Assembly (NCBI GenBank): GCA_038087875.1
Contig: CM075990.1
Location: forward strand, 16,742,001 to 16,806,000
DNA length: 64,000 nucleotides
Direction of reading: 5' to 3'
From: Malacoraja senta
Taxonomy: Eukaryota
Under the pieces are notes generated by a model. That model was not told where the DNA came from. It saw only the letters and a list, made by a program, of their open reading frames with translations, and made no database searches. A program made the position numbers and the translations under genes. Below are positions 12,184 to 26,927 of the stretch, piece by piece. The stretch's first letter is position 1. Every line of letters begins with the position of its first letter.

Positions 12184-13913
12184 GCTTGAGGTAAAGAACT
12201 CCTAAGACTCTCAACCCTTCATGAGAAGGATTTTTTCCTCATCTCAGTCTTAAATGTATGACCCCATCTCCTGACACTTTCCCCCCCAGTTCTAGATTCT
12301 CCAACCAGAGGAAGCTTCCTTCACACATCCATGACCACACTGTTTGTTCCATTGTTGCCAGTCATGCCTATAATTCAATGAGCATTAGGTTTGTAGTTTC
12401 CTGCCTAAATCTCCCGGATCATTTCTCCGCATTAAATATGCTCCTTAAATAAACCTCTCCGACCGAGCTTACTGGATCACTAGTCCTGTGATCTAGTATC
12501 TCAAAATTCCATTCGGCACATTTTATAGTGTAGGAAGGAATTGCAGATGCCGGTTTAAACCGAAGGTAGACACAAAATGCTGGAGTAACTCAGCGGGTCA
12601 GGAGAGAACGAACGGGTGGCGTTTCGGGTCTTCAGACTGAAGTAGGGTCTCGACCAGTCCTTCTCTCCAGAGATGCTGCCTGTCCCGCTGAGTTACTTCA
12701 ATTTGTGTTTATTAATGCTAAAGATGGCTTATATATGGAAATTGTCACAGAATTAAAGGAACATTTTGAGCCATTGGGAAAACGATCAAATATCACTTTC
12801 AACAAAAACATTGCATAATCATCAGGCAACCGATCATCACCTAGACTACAAACTACCTGGGTTGCACTGGGGACTGGGCTGTGGTTTTGTTTTTGCACTA
12901 GATTGGGTTTTTTAATTTATTGATTTTTTTTTTAGTTTGCTCATTATATTATCTATTGAGTATTGGGTTTACATAGCTGTTGTGATGCTGCAATAAATAA
13001 TTTCATTGATCCGTTCCGGTACGTATGACAACTAAACACTTAGACTCTTGAGTGGATTGGCAGAGTTGGTAAGTGCGGTAACTCTTCACAAGCCTTTGAC
13101 CTGTCCTTGTAGCGACAGGATTTATGAGGCAGTCCAGCCACTGAGGGCCATGTCTAGTCTATGGGGAGTCTAGTCTATGGAGCTGATGCGCTATAATGCT
13201 GAGAACTACATATGCGGCACAGTGGTACAGCGGTAGAGTTGTTACCTTACAGCACCAGATACCTGAGTTTGTTCCCGACTACGGGTGCTGTCTTTATGGA
13301 GATTGTACATTCTCCCCATGACCTGCGTAGGTTTTCTCCGGATGCTCCGGTTTCTGATAAGGAAGAATTTCTTTAGTCAGAGGTGAATCTGTGGAATTCA
13401 TTGCCACAGACGGCTGTGGAGGCCAAGTCATTGGGTATTTTGAATACAGAGATTGACAGATTCTTGATCAGTACGGGTGTCAAAGGTTACGGTGAGAAGG
13501 CAGGAGAATGGGATTGAAAGGGAAAGATAGATCAGCCATGACTGAAGGGTGGAGTAGACTTGAAGGGCTAGAATGGCCTACTTCCGATCCTATGACCGAT
13601 GAACTTTTGAAAAAACAGCAAAGTTTGCTAAAGTTCATGAAACAATGTGTATGTGAGTGAACCAATGTGGTGTGCCAACTTGCCGATACTCTTTCTGTTC
13701 TCCTTTCTGATTGACTGACACCTTGTTAAATTATACAGTGAGGGAGGGTAAAGTTCATCCACAGAAGTCAACTATTTTATTCTACTGAAGGAAGTGCGGT
13801 TACTGGAGCTTCCTGACCCATTAGTCATGCTTCTGGGCTGTGCAGACACGTGAACTGATGTTAGTGCAGGGTCACCAATACACGGAGGAACTTGCTTTGA
13901 CACAGTCAGATCG

Positions 13914-14207
13914 TGCGGCACGGTGGCGCAGCGGCAGTTTCTGCTAGAGACGCGGGTTCGATCCCAACTACAGGTGCTGTCTGTACGGAGTTTGTACGTT
14001 CTCCCCATGGCCTGCATGGCTTTCCTCCCACACTCCAAAGACGTACAGGTTTGTAGTAAATTAGCTTGGGTTTGTATACTCGGTATAAGTGTAAATTGTC
14101 CCCTAGTGTGTGTGGGATAGTGTTCATGTGCGGGGATCGCTGGCCGGCGCGGACTCGGTGGGCCGAAGGGCCCGTTTCCGCGCTGTATCTCTAAACTAAA
14201 AACTAAA
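13914..14207 (+). mobile_element. HE1-type V-SINE
   Basis: Same head, V-domain and tail. Confidence 0.8.
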
Positions 14208-14970
14208 CATACAGTCAGTGTGTCATTGCACTGTATCCAAGCAACAAAACAGACATGAAGCAGGATGTAGAGGGCTGAACGACGTTGATAGTAATCGAGT
14301 AAAACACCAAGTGCTGGAGAAACTCAGTGGGTCAGGCAGGGATTAGTTAAGAATAAAAATTGTCACCAACATTACAGAAAAAAATTCACCCTAAGTAGGA
14401 ATTTAAGAAAAACAATATTTGCAAAGGAGAGTGTGGGTGGTTTTCCATTTGCAACCTAAAGGGACTGGTGTTAAGCTGTATTGAGAATAAATTACAGTTG
14501 AGGGAGTTTATCTCTCCATATTTTGCACTGTGATATTATAATAATCATAATAATAATCTTATAAATGCCCTTCTTATTTCTAATTACATTTATCCAATTC
14601 CATGTTTATTTCCTGCATTATATTGAGCATTGATTCTCTTCATACATTCCCAGAACCTGGCATAACTGGTCAACTAAGAGGGTTTAGTCTCCATTGTCCA
14701 TTGCACCCCACTCTGAGGTCCAGTTATGTGACCATCTAAACGTACATGCCCAAGGCTCCACCTAACCCTGTGATAAGATGGGAATTGCCCGTTCCACAAT
14801 ACCAGGGCCCAACTCAAACGGGGAACATCGTCATCTTCATTGGTGCCAAGGTGTGTGAACACTCTCAGCCACCACCCACGGACTGACCATTGCACATCCA
14901 TTGCTCGAGCCCAGATCTGACCAAAGGCTTCAGCTCTCTGAAGATAGACACAAAAAGCCAGAGTGCGTCA

Positions 14971-15291
14971 AGGCCCTGTCCCACTTTCCCGAGTTACTCA
15001 CGAACTCTCCCGAGTTTTCCCCTTGATTCGAACTCGGGGAATGTCGGGGAATGTCGGTATCGAGCTCGTAGGAGCCCGATGGAGTCCGTAGATGTTTCGT
15101 AGCGGCTCGTAATGCCAGCCGTAGGAACTCGGGGCATCAGGTAAGTCGGGACGTTTATTCGACATGTTGAAAAATGTCCACGAGTTAAAAAAAAGCCCCG
15201 AGTACCTACAAACGGCTATTACCGTAATTCTCCGAGTTCGAATCAAGGGGAAAACTCTTCGTGAGTAACTCGGGAAAGTGGTACAGGGCCT
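14971..15291. mobile_element. PIF/Harbinger-type MITE inserted in a Penelope terminal repeat
   Basis: Long TIRs AGGCCCTGTCCCACTTTCCCGAG..., flanks TCA/TAA; host Penelope sequence resumes at TAACTCAGCGGGTC. Confidence 0.75.
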
Positions 15292-15632
15292 TAACTCAGC
15301 GGGTCAGACAGCATCTCTAGAGAAAAAGAATAGGTGACATTTTGGGTCGAGTGACTCGAGACCCTTCTTCAGACTCTGGACTGGACTGGACCATCAACCC
15401 AGAGTGAACAAGGGATGTGTATTAATGGGAAACAAAACAATCAGTAAAAGCGCGAGAGTAGAAACAAGAAACTGCAGATGCTGGTTTACAAAAAATGGCA
15501 CAGCGGGTCAGGCAGCATCTCTGGAAAACATGGATAGGTGACGTTTCACAGAGTGCTGGAGTAACTGAGCGGGTCAGGCAGCATCTGTGGAGAACATGGA
15601 TAGGTGACGTTTCACAGAGTGCTGGAGTAACT

Positions 15633-15742
15633 CTGTGATGACATATTTGTCGCCGCTGGATTTTGAAATGCTCAAAATCTTTTGGCGACACTGATATGAC
15701 GCCGGCAGTCGCCAAAAAAAATCGCCAAGTGGGACAGGCCCT
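15633..15742. mobile_element. Harbinger-type MITE fragment (same family as 43223-43453)
   Basis: Shared internal sequence TTTGTCGCCGCTGGATTTTGA and right TIR GTGGGACAGGCCCT. Confidence 0.6.
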
Positions 15743-18700
15743 TTACTTCCCAAGGAATAGATCATTTATTCCTGCCCCAGCTGGGAGGTGCTGTCTTTTC
15801 GTTACCCCTAATTTACAATCCCAAATTTCATCCAGTCTTTTCCATTGTTCTGTGGCAAAAGAGGAGTTTTTATTTTGGGACATAATGAAACAACAATCCA
15901 TGGGTATCACAATCGCACATGCCTTCAGGTTTAGCTCCATTACTGTCAAATGTACCAAGGTACAGCTTTGTTTTACATGCCTGCCAACAGATTGGATAAT
16001 ACTATGCATAAATACAATCACATCACACTCAAGTACAATAGATAGAGAAAAAGGGAAAGATAGGTTCAAGGTTTCAAGGTCAGTTTGTTGTCACATGTAC
16101 CAATTAAGGACAGTGAAATTTGACAGAGTTACAGAGTGCAGATAAGCTCTCATTTCACTCCTGGCATCGGGAAGAAAGATTACGATTCTGAAAATTGTGA
16201 CCTCCAGGTTAAGAAACAGCTTCTACCCAAAACTAGAAACACCAACTAATCTTCAAACTACAAATTGTATTGGTCGCACTAGGGAATTGGACTTTAGTTT
16301 TGCACTATATTGGGGTCTTTTATTTATTGTATTTGTTTTGTTTCTGTCATCTACACAAACCGATGTGCTGCAGCAAGTAAGGATGTTATGATTCTGCTTC
16401 GGTGAACATGACAATGAAACACTCTTGACTTAACACAATGGTCTGATGGTGCTTTAGTCACATGTACCTAGGTACAGTGACATTCCATTTTTGCATACAA
16501 TTCATTAAGAAATCTTACTATAAACAAGCACAATCATACTCTGGAATATAGTGTTTAAGAAGGAACTGCAGAAGCTGTAAAAGTAAGTAAGTTTATTGGA
16601 CAAGTATTCACATACAAGGAATTTGCCTTGGTGCTCCGCCCACAAGTAACAACATGACATACCGTGACAGTTACGAATGACTGAGAAAACACTAAACATG
16701 TATAATAATAAGACATTAATGATAAAACACCATTGATCAAGGTAGACAAAAGTGCTGGAGAAACTCAGCGGGTGCGGCAGCATCTATGGAGCGAAGGAAA
16801 TAGGCAACGTTTCGAGCCGAAACCCGGTTTCGGCCCGCTCCATAGATGCTGCCACACCTGCTGAGTTTCTCCAGCACTTTTGTCTACTCTGGAATATAGT
16901 TTTTAGCATCGTAGAGCTTTGTAGCGCATCAGTTCCATAGACTTTCAAACCTGACACACAGTCTTTCAGAAGACAACACCCTTTTATGCAGGAAAAATGA
17001 GAAATCAACCTGATAAATTGTGCAATTTCCCTTGACTGCAGTTGCGATTTCTGTATAACCGACAGAAACTCAGATTTTCATTTTCCTCTGATTGAGAGTA
17101 CTAAGGGACAGCAAATTCTCTCACCCTGTGCACTGAGCGACAGATACTCAAATTGAACGTAAGCACATAATGAGTTGACTAAGCAACCCCATATATTATT
17201 TTAGACGCAAGCACACACACACATATAGAACACACAGCAATAATAGTGTAGCAAATTGTTTACCCTCAGGGATAATAATCCAATATAACTACTTCTGAAG
17301 GTGCAAATGTGTACACATGCACGAATGACTGACCGAATAACTACATCCCATAAATTCTCTATTTCTCAAGTCACAATAAATAAAACTTTCCACACAGTTT
17401 TTGTGCAAGAAAGTAAATTTATACGTGCTTAAATATAACTAGGCAGTTACTTCAGAAATTGCTAAAGCTAATAGAATGTGTGTCCCCAACACCCCTCCTG
17501 AAGACTGGACACATGTCCCCAATACCTTGGGTAAGACCAGTGCCCACCTGACCCCATCCCCGAACCACCGAACTCCCACTCCCAACTCAAATCGGTTCCA
17601 AAGCCCCAGGTTTGATCCTGACCTCGGGTGCTGTCCATGTGGAGTTTGCATGTTTTCCCTGTGACCGCATTTCCCTGTGACCCATCTGCTCCAGTTTTCC
17701 AAAGACGTTTAGGTTGATTGACGCTGTGTAAAATTGACCCTGGTGTGTCGGGAGCGGATGAGAAAGTGGGATAACATAGACCCAGTATAAACGGTTCCAA
17801 AGACCATGTGGAAACCAAGGAACCTTTTTAGTTGTCTATTGTTTGAGTGGCCCTGCTCGCTTGACAGGACACATAATACAAATCTTTAGACTTTAGAGAT
17901 ACAGCGTGGAAACAGGCCCTTCGGCCCACTGGGTGAGTGCCGGCCAGCAATTACCCCATACACTAACCTACACGCACTAGGGACAATTTTACAATTTACT
18001 GAAACCAATTAACCAGGAAACCGGCATGTTTTTACACAGAGAGTGGTGAATCTGTGGAACTCTCTGCCACAGAAGGTAGTTGAGGCCAGTTCATTGGCTA
18101 TATTTAAGAGGGAGTTAGATGTGGCCCTTGTGGCTAAAGGGATCAGGGGGTATGGAGAGAAGGCAGGTACGGGATACTGAGTTGGATGATCAGCCATGAT
18201 CATATCAAATGGCGGTGCAGGCTCGAAGGGCCGAATGGCCTACTCCTGAACCCATTTTCTATGTCTTTGAAATACTGCACGGTAAACAACTTTGACACTG
18301 AACATGTGCAGCCTTGGAGTGTGTTCGATCTGTCCCGACGTTGGAGTTTTGATCATCCCGACGAGAGGGCTCGCACATCGGGCCGTCCGTAGCGGCAACT
18401 ACGGAGGGTCAAGGTCCCCGACCACGGGTGAACAAAGGTGGAGACTGACTGAACTTTATTGCCTTCCATCACAGTGAAGAATGCTGTGGTGGATGTTTAT
18501 GTTAAATTCTATTGTGTGTTGTGCTCTTGTGTAATTGTATGGCTGCATGGTAACTCATTTCACTGAACCTTGATTGGTGCATGTAACAAATAAATATGAA
18601 CCTTGAATCTTGAACTTAGTGTCGATGTTCCCCATATAAATTCCTGTCCTCATAATCAATGGATCCTACCTGCAAACCTGAAGAAGTGTTGCTGATATTT

Positions 18701-19649
18701 CTGTTGTGGGGATGACTGGGGAAATTAATACCATACTAGGCTAAAGTTAGACAGCTGTTTGTTTAAACCAGCTCAAACGTTCATTTCTTAAAAGAACACA
18801 TCATGTCAAACCTTAATGCAATCAGCCGCTGAGTAAATGATTCAGCAGGTTGTGGCCTCCCACTTCTTGTGCCTTGAAAACCACACTTGGTTTAATCTCC
18901 ACCATAAAAGCCCTGTAAACATCACTGTCATGTGGTGACAAACTAAGAGGGCTAGACTACTGTGTAAGTAACAACAAAAAGTGACACTTTTTTACATTGG
19001 GGAATGGAGAAGTCCTGATAAGAATAATCAGATATGAACATAGTCTGAAGGAACAAACCGCCGTCTAATTTTAGCCTCTGGTTTAATTCAGTTTAGAGAT
19101 ACAGCATTGAAACAGGCCCTTCGACCCACCCGAGCCCACTCTGGCCATCAATCACCCGTTCACACTAGTTCTCCCACTTTGTCATCCACTCCTGCAAAGA
19201 GCTGAATTAGAAGGACATTTTGCAGCAGACTTCACTGCATGTAAACAAGCCACTATCCAGAAAACATTAAATTAGGATTGCGGGGGAGGGGGAGGGGGAG
19301 AGGGGCGGAGGTTAAGAAGATGACAAATCGCTAGGGAAACAGAACAGAGCAAATTGATGGAGCTTCTGTGTTGGTGAATCTTCTGATCCTCATAGACTTT
19401 GTTTCAGGGCTTTCAAAGACGCGCCTGGGGAAATGGTTGATGTGTTGATTTGAATTGCCCAAATTTGGACAAATTGGATTTGGTGTACCATTGTTCAGTT
19501 TTTGGTCATCCTGCTGGAGGAAAGAATCTTTCTTCCACCCCCACATCAGTCTGAAGAAGGGTCTCGACCCGAAACATCACCTATTCCTTCGCTCCATAGA
19601 TGCTGCCTCACCCGCTGAGTTTCTCCAGCATTTTTGTCCACCTGCTGTA

Positions 19650-20140
19650 GGAAAGTACTCATTACGCTGGAAAGAGCGCAGAGAAGATTTACGAGGACGT
19701 CGTGGGCCTGAGCTACGGGGAGAGATAGGGCAACCCGGGGCTTTATTCCCTGCAGCGCAGAAGGCTGAGGGATGATCTAGTAGAGGTGTAAGTCAATCAT
19801 GAAGGGAATAGACAAGAGTCAATGCACAGTCTTTTATACAGGGTGGGGAAATCAAGAACCAGAGGACACAGATTTAAGTTGAGAGGGGCAAGATTTAGTA
19901 GGAACCTGAGAGGCAACTTTTTCATAGAGAGTGGTGGGTATATGGATCGTGCTGTTGGGTTGTTCAACAACGAGGTTGTTCACACAGGCACAATAATAGC
20001 AGTTAAAAGACCTTTTGCCAGGTACATGGATTTGAAAGGTTCAGATGGATATGGGCCAAACATGGGCAAGTGGGACCAGCAATGATGGGGCATCTTGGTC
20101 GGCAAGGAAGAGTTGGGCCAAAGGGCTTGTTTCTGTTCTA
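19650..20140 (+). mobile_element. CR1/HER1 LINE 3' fragment
   Basis: KSRTRGHRFKLRGARFSRNLRGNFF remnant. Confidence 0.7.
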
Positions 20141-23100
20141 TATCTGCATTTTGTGTCTATCTTCAGTGTAAAGCAGCATCTGCAGTTCCTTCCTACACAT
20201 TCATTAAATTATGCTTTTCTGTCTGTATCCAAAACCTAGGCGAACTGATGCAATATCTTAACAAGGGACCTTCACTTTTGACACTTCACACCATAATAAA
20301 TGAAACAGAGAGCAGTGAGCACTAGATCTGGTTGAAGAAGGGTGCCGACCCAAAGTGTTGCCTGTCCATTTCTCCAGAGATGCTGCCTGACTCCAGCACT
20401 TTGTGTCTTTCTTTATAAACCAGCATCCGCAGTTCGTTGTGTCTAAGATATTGTTTCATTTTATCAAATGACAGATTTCAGCACAATCTGATCTGTTTGT
20501 CTGGAAATAATGTGCCATTGGAAGTGACTGGGTTTAAACATCACTCTCCTCCCCAACTCCACCCCTCAACCCAAAAGGCAGCAACTAAACAAGAGACACT
20601 GTCAGTATAAACTCCATCTATGACTCATCCCGTAATCCTGTAATTGTTTACGTCAGTGACTAAAGAACATGCACTGCTTCACTACAGACAGCTGTAATTA
20701 CAACAAATTGACACACAAATTACGTAGGCAGCCGTCTATGGATTACGTTCTCCTTAAACCGCGGAGACAATAAGATTACGGTCACAGCGAAGGAGAAAAT
20801 GGTCTGCATTAATACTCGCACTTAAGGGAACTTTGGAACGAATGTAAACCTTGACAATTCCTGCCTTTCAAAATGACCAGCATCTCCTCAAACATCTCAG
20901 TCCATTTCACATACAACCACTTTGAAATTCAATGGCTGATTTCAATAGGTGTCGAGGCCATTTTGATCGCAGGATAAGTTGTGACGTTGCTACCTTTAGC
21001 TCAGATGTAACACACCCACCTTGGGGTCAGAAGGTTATTGGTTCAAAGGCTCGTTTCTGTGACATGAGCTCATAACCCGAGCCAAGGCTCTGACGATATA
21101 CTGACGGAATGATCCCTAGATATGAGCAACACAGTGGCGCAGCTGGTAGAGCTGCTGCCTCACAGCGCTAGAGACCTGGGTTCAATCCTGATCTCAGGTG
21201 CATTCCAAGTGGAGTTTGCACGTCTCCTTGTAACCATATGGGTTTCCCTCGGATGCTCTGCTTTCCTTCCACAATCCAAAAGCATGCGGTTGGCAGGTTA
21301 ATTTGCCTCTGTAAATTGCAGTTAGTTTGCAGATGAGGGTATAATAGTCTTACAGCACGGAAACAGGCCATTCGGCCCACATTGTGCATGCTAACCAGGA
21401 TGCCCCATCTTAGCTGGCCCCATTTGGTCCATATCGCTCCAAACCTTTCCGATCCATCTATCTTTCCAATCTGGGGAATGATGATGGGAATATGGGGAGA
21501 ATAAGATCGGGCCTATTTCCATGCTGTTTATCTAAACTATAATTAGGATTAGAATAAAATGGGTGCATAATGGTCAACATAGATTTGAAGGGCTGAACGG
21601 CCCAATTCCAAGGCAAGACTCGATGAGGAGGTTCCGCTCAGCTGCTAAATGATTGTCTGGGGTTGGGAGTTCAACTAGTGGATAGGTCAGGACCCTCCAC
21701 CTCTCCCCTCCCCTCCCAACCAGCATCAACTATCATCACTCTGAGTGTGGCAACCCAATGACAACACACATCAACATTTGGGCATTTTGTAACAACACCT
21801 GAAAGGACATCATTGATGAGCTGCCAGTGAAAGTGGCTGAGGCAGATACTATAACAGCATTCATAGAAACATAGAAAATAGGTGCAGGAGGAGGCCATTC
21901 AGCCCTTCAGTGCCAGCACCGCCATTCATTGTGATTATGGCTGATCGTCCCCAATCAATAACCCGTGCCTGCCTTCTCCCCATATCCCTTGATTCCACTA
22001 GCCCCTAGAGCTCTCTCTTAAATCCATCCAGTGATTTGGCCTCCACTGCCCTCTGTGGCAGGGAATTCCACAAATTCACAACTCTCAGGGTGAAAACATT
22101 TTTTCTCACCTCAGTCTTAAATGGCCTCCCCTTTATTCTAAGACTGTGGCCCCTGGTTCTGGACTCGCCCAACATTGGGAACATTCATACGACATTTGGA
22201 CAGGTACATGTTAAGGAAAGGTTTAGAGGAGTATTGGCCAAATGCAGGCAGGTGGGACCAGCTGTCATCTTGACTGACCTGGATGAGTTGGCTGAAGGGC
22301 CTGCTTCCATGCTGTATGACTAAATGACTGCAAAATACACATGCAAATGTTCACAGCTTCTTTAAGGGTTTAAGGTGCTGTGAAGGTGAGAGGGGCAAAG
22401 TTGGAAGAAGAATTGCGGAGCAAGTTACTTTACACAGAGGGTGGTGGGTGCCTGGAACATGCTGCCAGGGGTGGTGGTGGAGGCAGGGTGATAGTGGCAC
22501 TGTAAGAGACTTTTGGATCAGCACTCGGATATGCAGGGATTGCAGGGATGTCAATTATATGCAGGTAGATAAGAGTTGGCATCATGTTTGGAATCGACAT
22601 TGTGGGCCGAAAGGCCTGTTCTTATGCTGTAACTGTTCTATGTTCCATGTTGCAAATTCTTACCATTGATAATGAAAGGAGGAATACTGACCAAGATATT
22701 ATGTCCTTCTTCAGTAATTCTCCAGTTTATTACAGAACAAAATAAAACATGAATGACTTAACTCAACGCATTATAATAATCTGAAACAGTCTTGGTCACT
22801 GGTGTCAGGGAAAATGTATGCTTCAAGTGGAGAAATTTAGCAAAATTAATAAAATATATTAAAAGGAATGCTGGAAAATACAAGTTGAAATCAATTAACT
22901 GATATTGTTTAAAGAAAAGTCAATAAAGATGAATTGGTCTGGCTGCTGTATGTTGACAGTGACGTGGTATTACACGCTGCGCCTGCTAACCAGGATAATG
23001 TCACGTAGTTGGTGAGGAAACAAGATACGGAAGCATTAAGGATTGATTTCTCTTGCCTTCTGTGCCTGACACAGGAAGAGCATTTCCCATCTTAACCATT

Positions 23101-23764
23101 TCCAGAACAACAGTGAAAATGTTCCCCCCAAAAAATGCTCAATACTGCAGGCTGGGAATTTTTGGCAAGGCTTATGAAGAGGTTAAAAATTGTGTCGAAA
23201 GTCAGAAGTTTTTTTCGCCCGGGAGGGAAATGTCAAAGACGAGAAGGCATACTTTAAGGTGAGAGGGCAAGGTATTAAAGGAGATGTGCAGGGCAAGCTA
23301 TTTATATACGGGAGGGTGGTGGGTGCCTGGAATGTGCCTGGCAGTTGAGGCATGTACTAACTCAACGTTTACGAAGCATTTAGACAGCTACATGGATAGG
23401 ACCGGTTTGGAGGGATATGGGCCAAATGGCGGCAGATGGGACTAGTGAAGATGGGACATGTTGGTCGGTGTGGGGAAAGTTGGGCCAAAGGGCCTGGAAT
23501 GTGCTGCTGGGAATGGTAGGGGGGGGCAGATATGATAGTGGCATTTAAGAGGCTTTTGGATATGCTGAGGATTGAGGGACGTGAATCACACGAAGCAGAG
23601 GAGATTAGATTAACTTGGTGTCATATTCAGCACAGACTCTGTGGACTAAAGGCCCTGTTACTCTGTTGTACTGTTGTATGTTCTATGTACAAGCCAACCA
23701 GAGGGTGGTCTCCACAATTTCGATTTAGTTATAGGTTCATTACTGTCATATGTACAAAATCACG

Positions 23765-24125
23765 TGTATAAAATCATGGAAGGCACAGATCGAGTAGATG
23801 CACAGAGTCTCTTGCCCAGAGTAGCGGAATCAAAAACTAGAGGGCATAGGTTTTAAGGTGAAGGGGGAAAGTTTTAATAGTAATCTGAGGGGTAATTTAT
23901 TCACGCAGAGGGTGGTGGGTGTATGGAAGGAGCTGCCAGAGGAGGTAGTTGAGGCAGGTACTAACTCAACGTTTAAGAAGCATTTTGACAGCTACATGAA
24001 TAGGACAGGTTTGGAGGGATATGGGCCAAACGCAGGCAGATGGGACAAGTGTAGATGGGACATGTTGGTTGGTGTGGGCAAGTTGGGCCGAAGGACCTTT
24101 TTCCATGCTATACGGCCCTATGACT
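23765..24125 (+). mobile_element. CR1/HER1 LINE 3' fragment
   Basis: KTRGHRF / FNSNLRGNLFTQRVVGVWKELPEEVVEAG. Confidence 0.75.
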
Positions 24126-25009
24126 ATGCACAATTTTACAGTGAAAAGCTTTGTTTTGCATGCCATCCAATGAAATCAGATAATACCACACATAAATACA
24201 ATCAAGTCAAACTCCTGTACAATAGGTAGAGCAAAGGGGAAGATACAGAGTGCAGAATATAGTTTCTCCCTGCTGCTTGATTCTATTTGAAGCAACAAAT
24301 AATGACTATTTTGTGATTCCAAAAGAATGTGGCATTCACCAACGGTGACATTGAATAAAAATCACACTGCTCCCACTTTCCTGATCTATTAACTGAGTGC
24401 AATTATAACATCTTAACCATTCGGTAATTCCAACATCACAACTAGGCGGATGCAGCGGGTATCATCTGAAAGATGCATCACATCAGAACCTTTTCATAAG
24501 TGCCGAGGATTTATCACCAGCAGGACAAGCATCGCAGGTACAAGCGAATGCCAGCAGTTGGAAATTCCCTTCACACTCACACACCCGACCAAAATGTGTG
24601 GAAGGGAACTGCAGATGCTGGTTTAAACCGTAGAAAGACACAAAATGCTGGAGTAACTCAGCGGGACAGGCGGCATCTCTGGAGAAAAGGAATAGGTGAT
24701 GTTTCAGGTCGAAAATCCACTTCAGACTGGGGATGGGTGGGGAAGTAGAGGCGAGAAAAGAGCAGGACAAGATAGGGCCGGCAACAGATTATCTCAGGAA
24801 GGGTGGAGTCCATCATGGCCCATTGTTGGCTGGGAAAGATGAGCTAACGACAGGGATTTAAGGATGCGAAGTGGAACTAATAGGAACTTAGCACACCCTG
24901 CTAAGTTAGAAATCCAACACGTCCTTCTACACTGCTCTCTGCTCTCGTATCTTGCATCAACTGCTCTCTTGATTAACCCCAAGCCTGTCTGCGCACTACA
25001 ATACAATAG

Positions 25010-25328
25010 GGTGACACAACAGTGCAGCAGGTAGAGCTGCTGCTTCACAGCAACCGAAACCTGGGTCCGATCTGACCTCGGGTGCTGTCTCTGTGGAGTC
25101 TGCATGTTTTCCTGTGACCTCGTGGGTTTCCTCCAGGTGCTCCGTTTTCCTCCCACATCCCAAAGGCGTGCGAGTTTGTAGGATAACTGGCCTCCGCAAA
25201 ATTGTCCCTACTATGTAGAGAATGGATGGGAAAGTGGGATAACATTGTCGTGTGAAAGAGTGATCAGTGGTCGGCATGGACTCGTTGTGCCATGAGGCCT
25301 GATTCCATGCTGTATCTCTAAACTAAAT
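25010..25328 (+). mobile_element. HE1-type V-SINE (diverged)
   Basis: GGGTGCTGTCTCTGTGGAG...TCCTCCCACATCCCAAAG...TGTATCTCTAAACTAAA. Confidence 0.7.
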
Positions 25329-25664
25329 GACCTAGTCAAGGGCATGGAGCGGTGATGATCACACACAGCTATCCTTGCCTGTATCATCCACATGCCTTGA
25401 ATGAATACACCTGAAACATCAAACTTCAAGAAAAAGAGTTCCATTAGATCTTCACAACACAACCAAGTTACATTTGATGGACCAGTTAAAAAGCAGAGAG
25501 CAAAATCACACCAAGGTTAAAAGTGATAGTTTTCTCATAACAGCCATGTACTATTGTATAACATAGCAAACCTTGAGAGAGCATTTATGAGAAGAATTAA
25601 GTGGGCTGCTCATAGGAACTGCACACGAAACAATTTGCACACAAATGGATCTAATGTCCGAAGA

Positions 25665-26318
25665 TCTGAAGATCTCTCCTGGTCCAATAACACTGATGCA
25701 ATTATTAAGAAAGCACATCAGCGCCTCTACTTCCTGAGAAGATTACGGAGAGTCGGTTTGTCAAGGAGGACTCTCTCTAACTTCTACAGGTGCCACAGTA
25801 GAGAGCATGCTGACCGGTTGCATCGTGGCTTGGTTCGGCAACATGAGCGCCCTGGAGAGGAAAAGACTACAAAAAGTAGTAAACACTGCCCAGTCCATCA
25901 TCGGCTCTGTCCTCCCTACCATCGAGGGGATCTATCGCAGTCGCTGCCTCAAAAAGGCTGGCAGCATCATCAAGGACCCACACCATCCTGGCCACACACT
26001 CATCTCACCGCTACCTTCAGGTAGAAGGTACAGGAGCCTGAAGACTGCAACAACCAGGTTCAGTAATAGCTACTTCCCCACAGCCATCAGGTTATTAAAC
26101 TTGGCACGGACAAAACTCTGAACATTAATAGCCCATTATCCTGTTATTTGCACTTCATCAGTTTATTTATTCATGTGTGTATATATTTATATAATGGTAC
26201 ATGGACACACTGATCTGTTCTGTATTCATGCCTACCATATTCTGTTGTGCTGAAGGAAAGCAAGAATTTCATTGTCCTATCTGGGACACATGACAATAAA
26301 CTCTGTTGAATCTTGAAG
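25665..26318 (+). mobile_element. Rex1/Babar LINE 3' part (frameshifted)
   Basis: KAHQRLYFLRRL...CIVAWFGN...DPHHPGH..LPSGRRYRS...FPTAIRLLN, then 3' UTR ending AATAAA and TTGAATC-type repeats. Confidence 0.85.
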
Positions 26319-26927
26319 GGAATCTACCAAACGAATGGCAACACATGAATCTGTAGATGCTGGAATATTGAGCAAAATGCAAATTGCTGGAGGAACTCAG
26401 AGGATCAACTAGCATCTGACTGGTGGGTCAGCCACCAGGTAGAGGTAATTAGACAGGCGATGTTTCATGTTGGGACCCTTCATCAGACTGAAGAGGCAGA
26501 ACTAGCTGGGCTGGGCTCTAAAGCCTCAATATGTGCCCCCCCCCCATTCAATAAAAGCATGTTATCTCAATGTCACTTTGCTGCACTAAACAGCAATCCC
26601 ACAATTCATCTACTATCCAAATATGTGCCAAGTCTTTTTTTTAATTTAAAAAGCGCAAGAAAATCAGCATTTGTATTTGAAGAGACTGAATGAAAATGCA
26701 AGTTCCTGACTCCTGGTATCAATAGATCAATACCACAAATACTATCTAAACTATGAACAACAAACTGTCTTGGTTGCACCGAGGACTTTGGGCTTTTTGC
26801 AACAAGGTTGTTTTTTTTTAATTTATTGGTTTTCTTTCTTTATTATGTTATCAATGAGTATGGTGTTTACTGGCCTGTCACGCTGCAGCAGGTAAGAATG
26901 GCATTGTTCCAATTAAACACTCTTAAA

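Noticed and set aside
13914..13990. tRNA-like sequences with A/B boxes
   Set aside because: SINE heads without a complete cloverleaf
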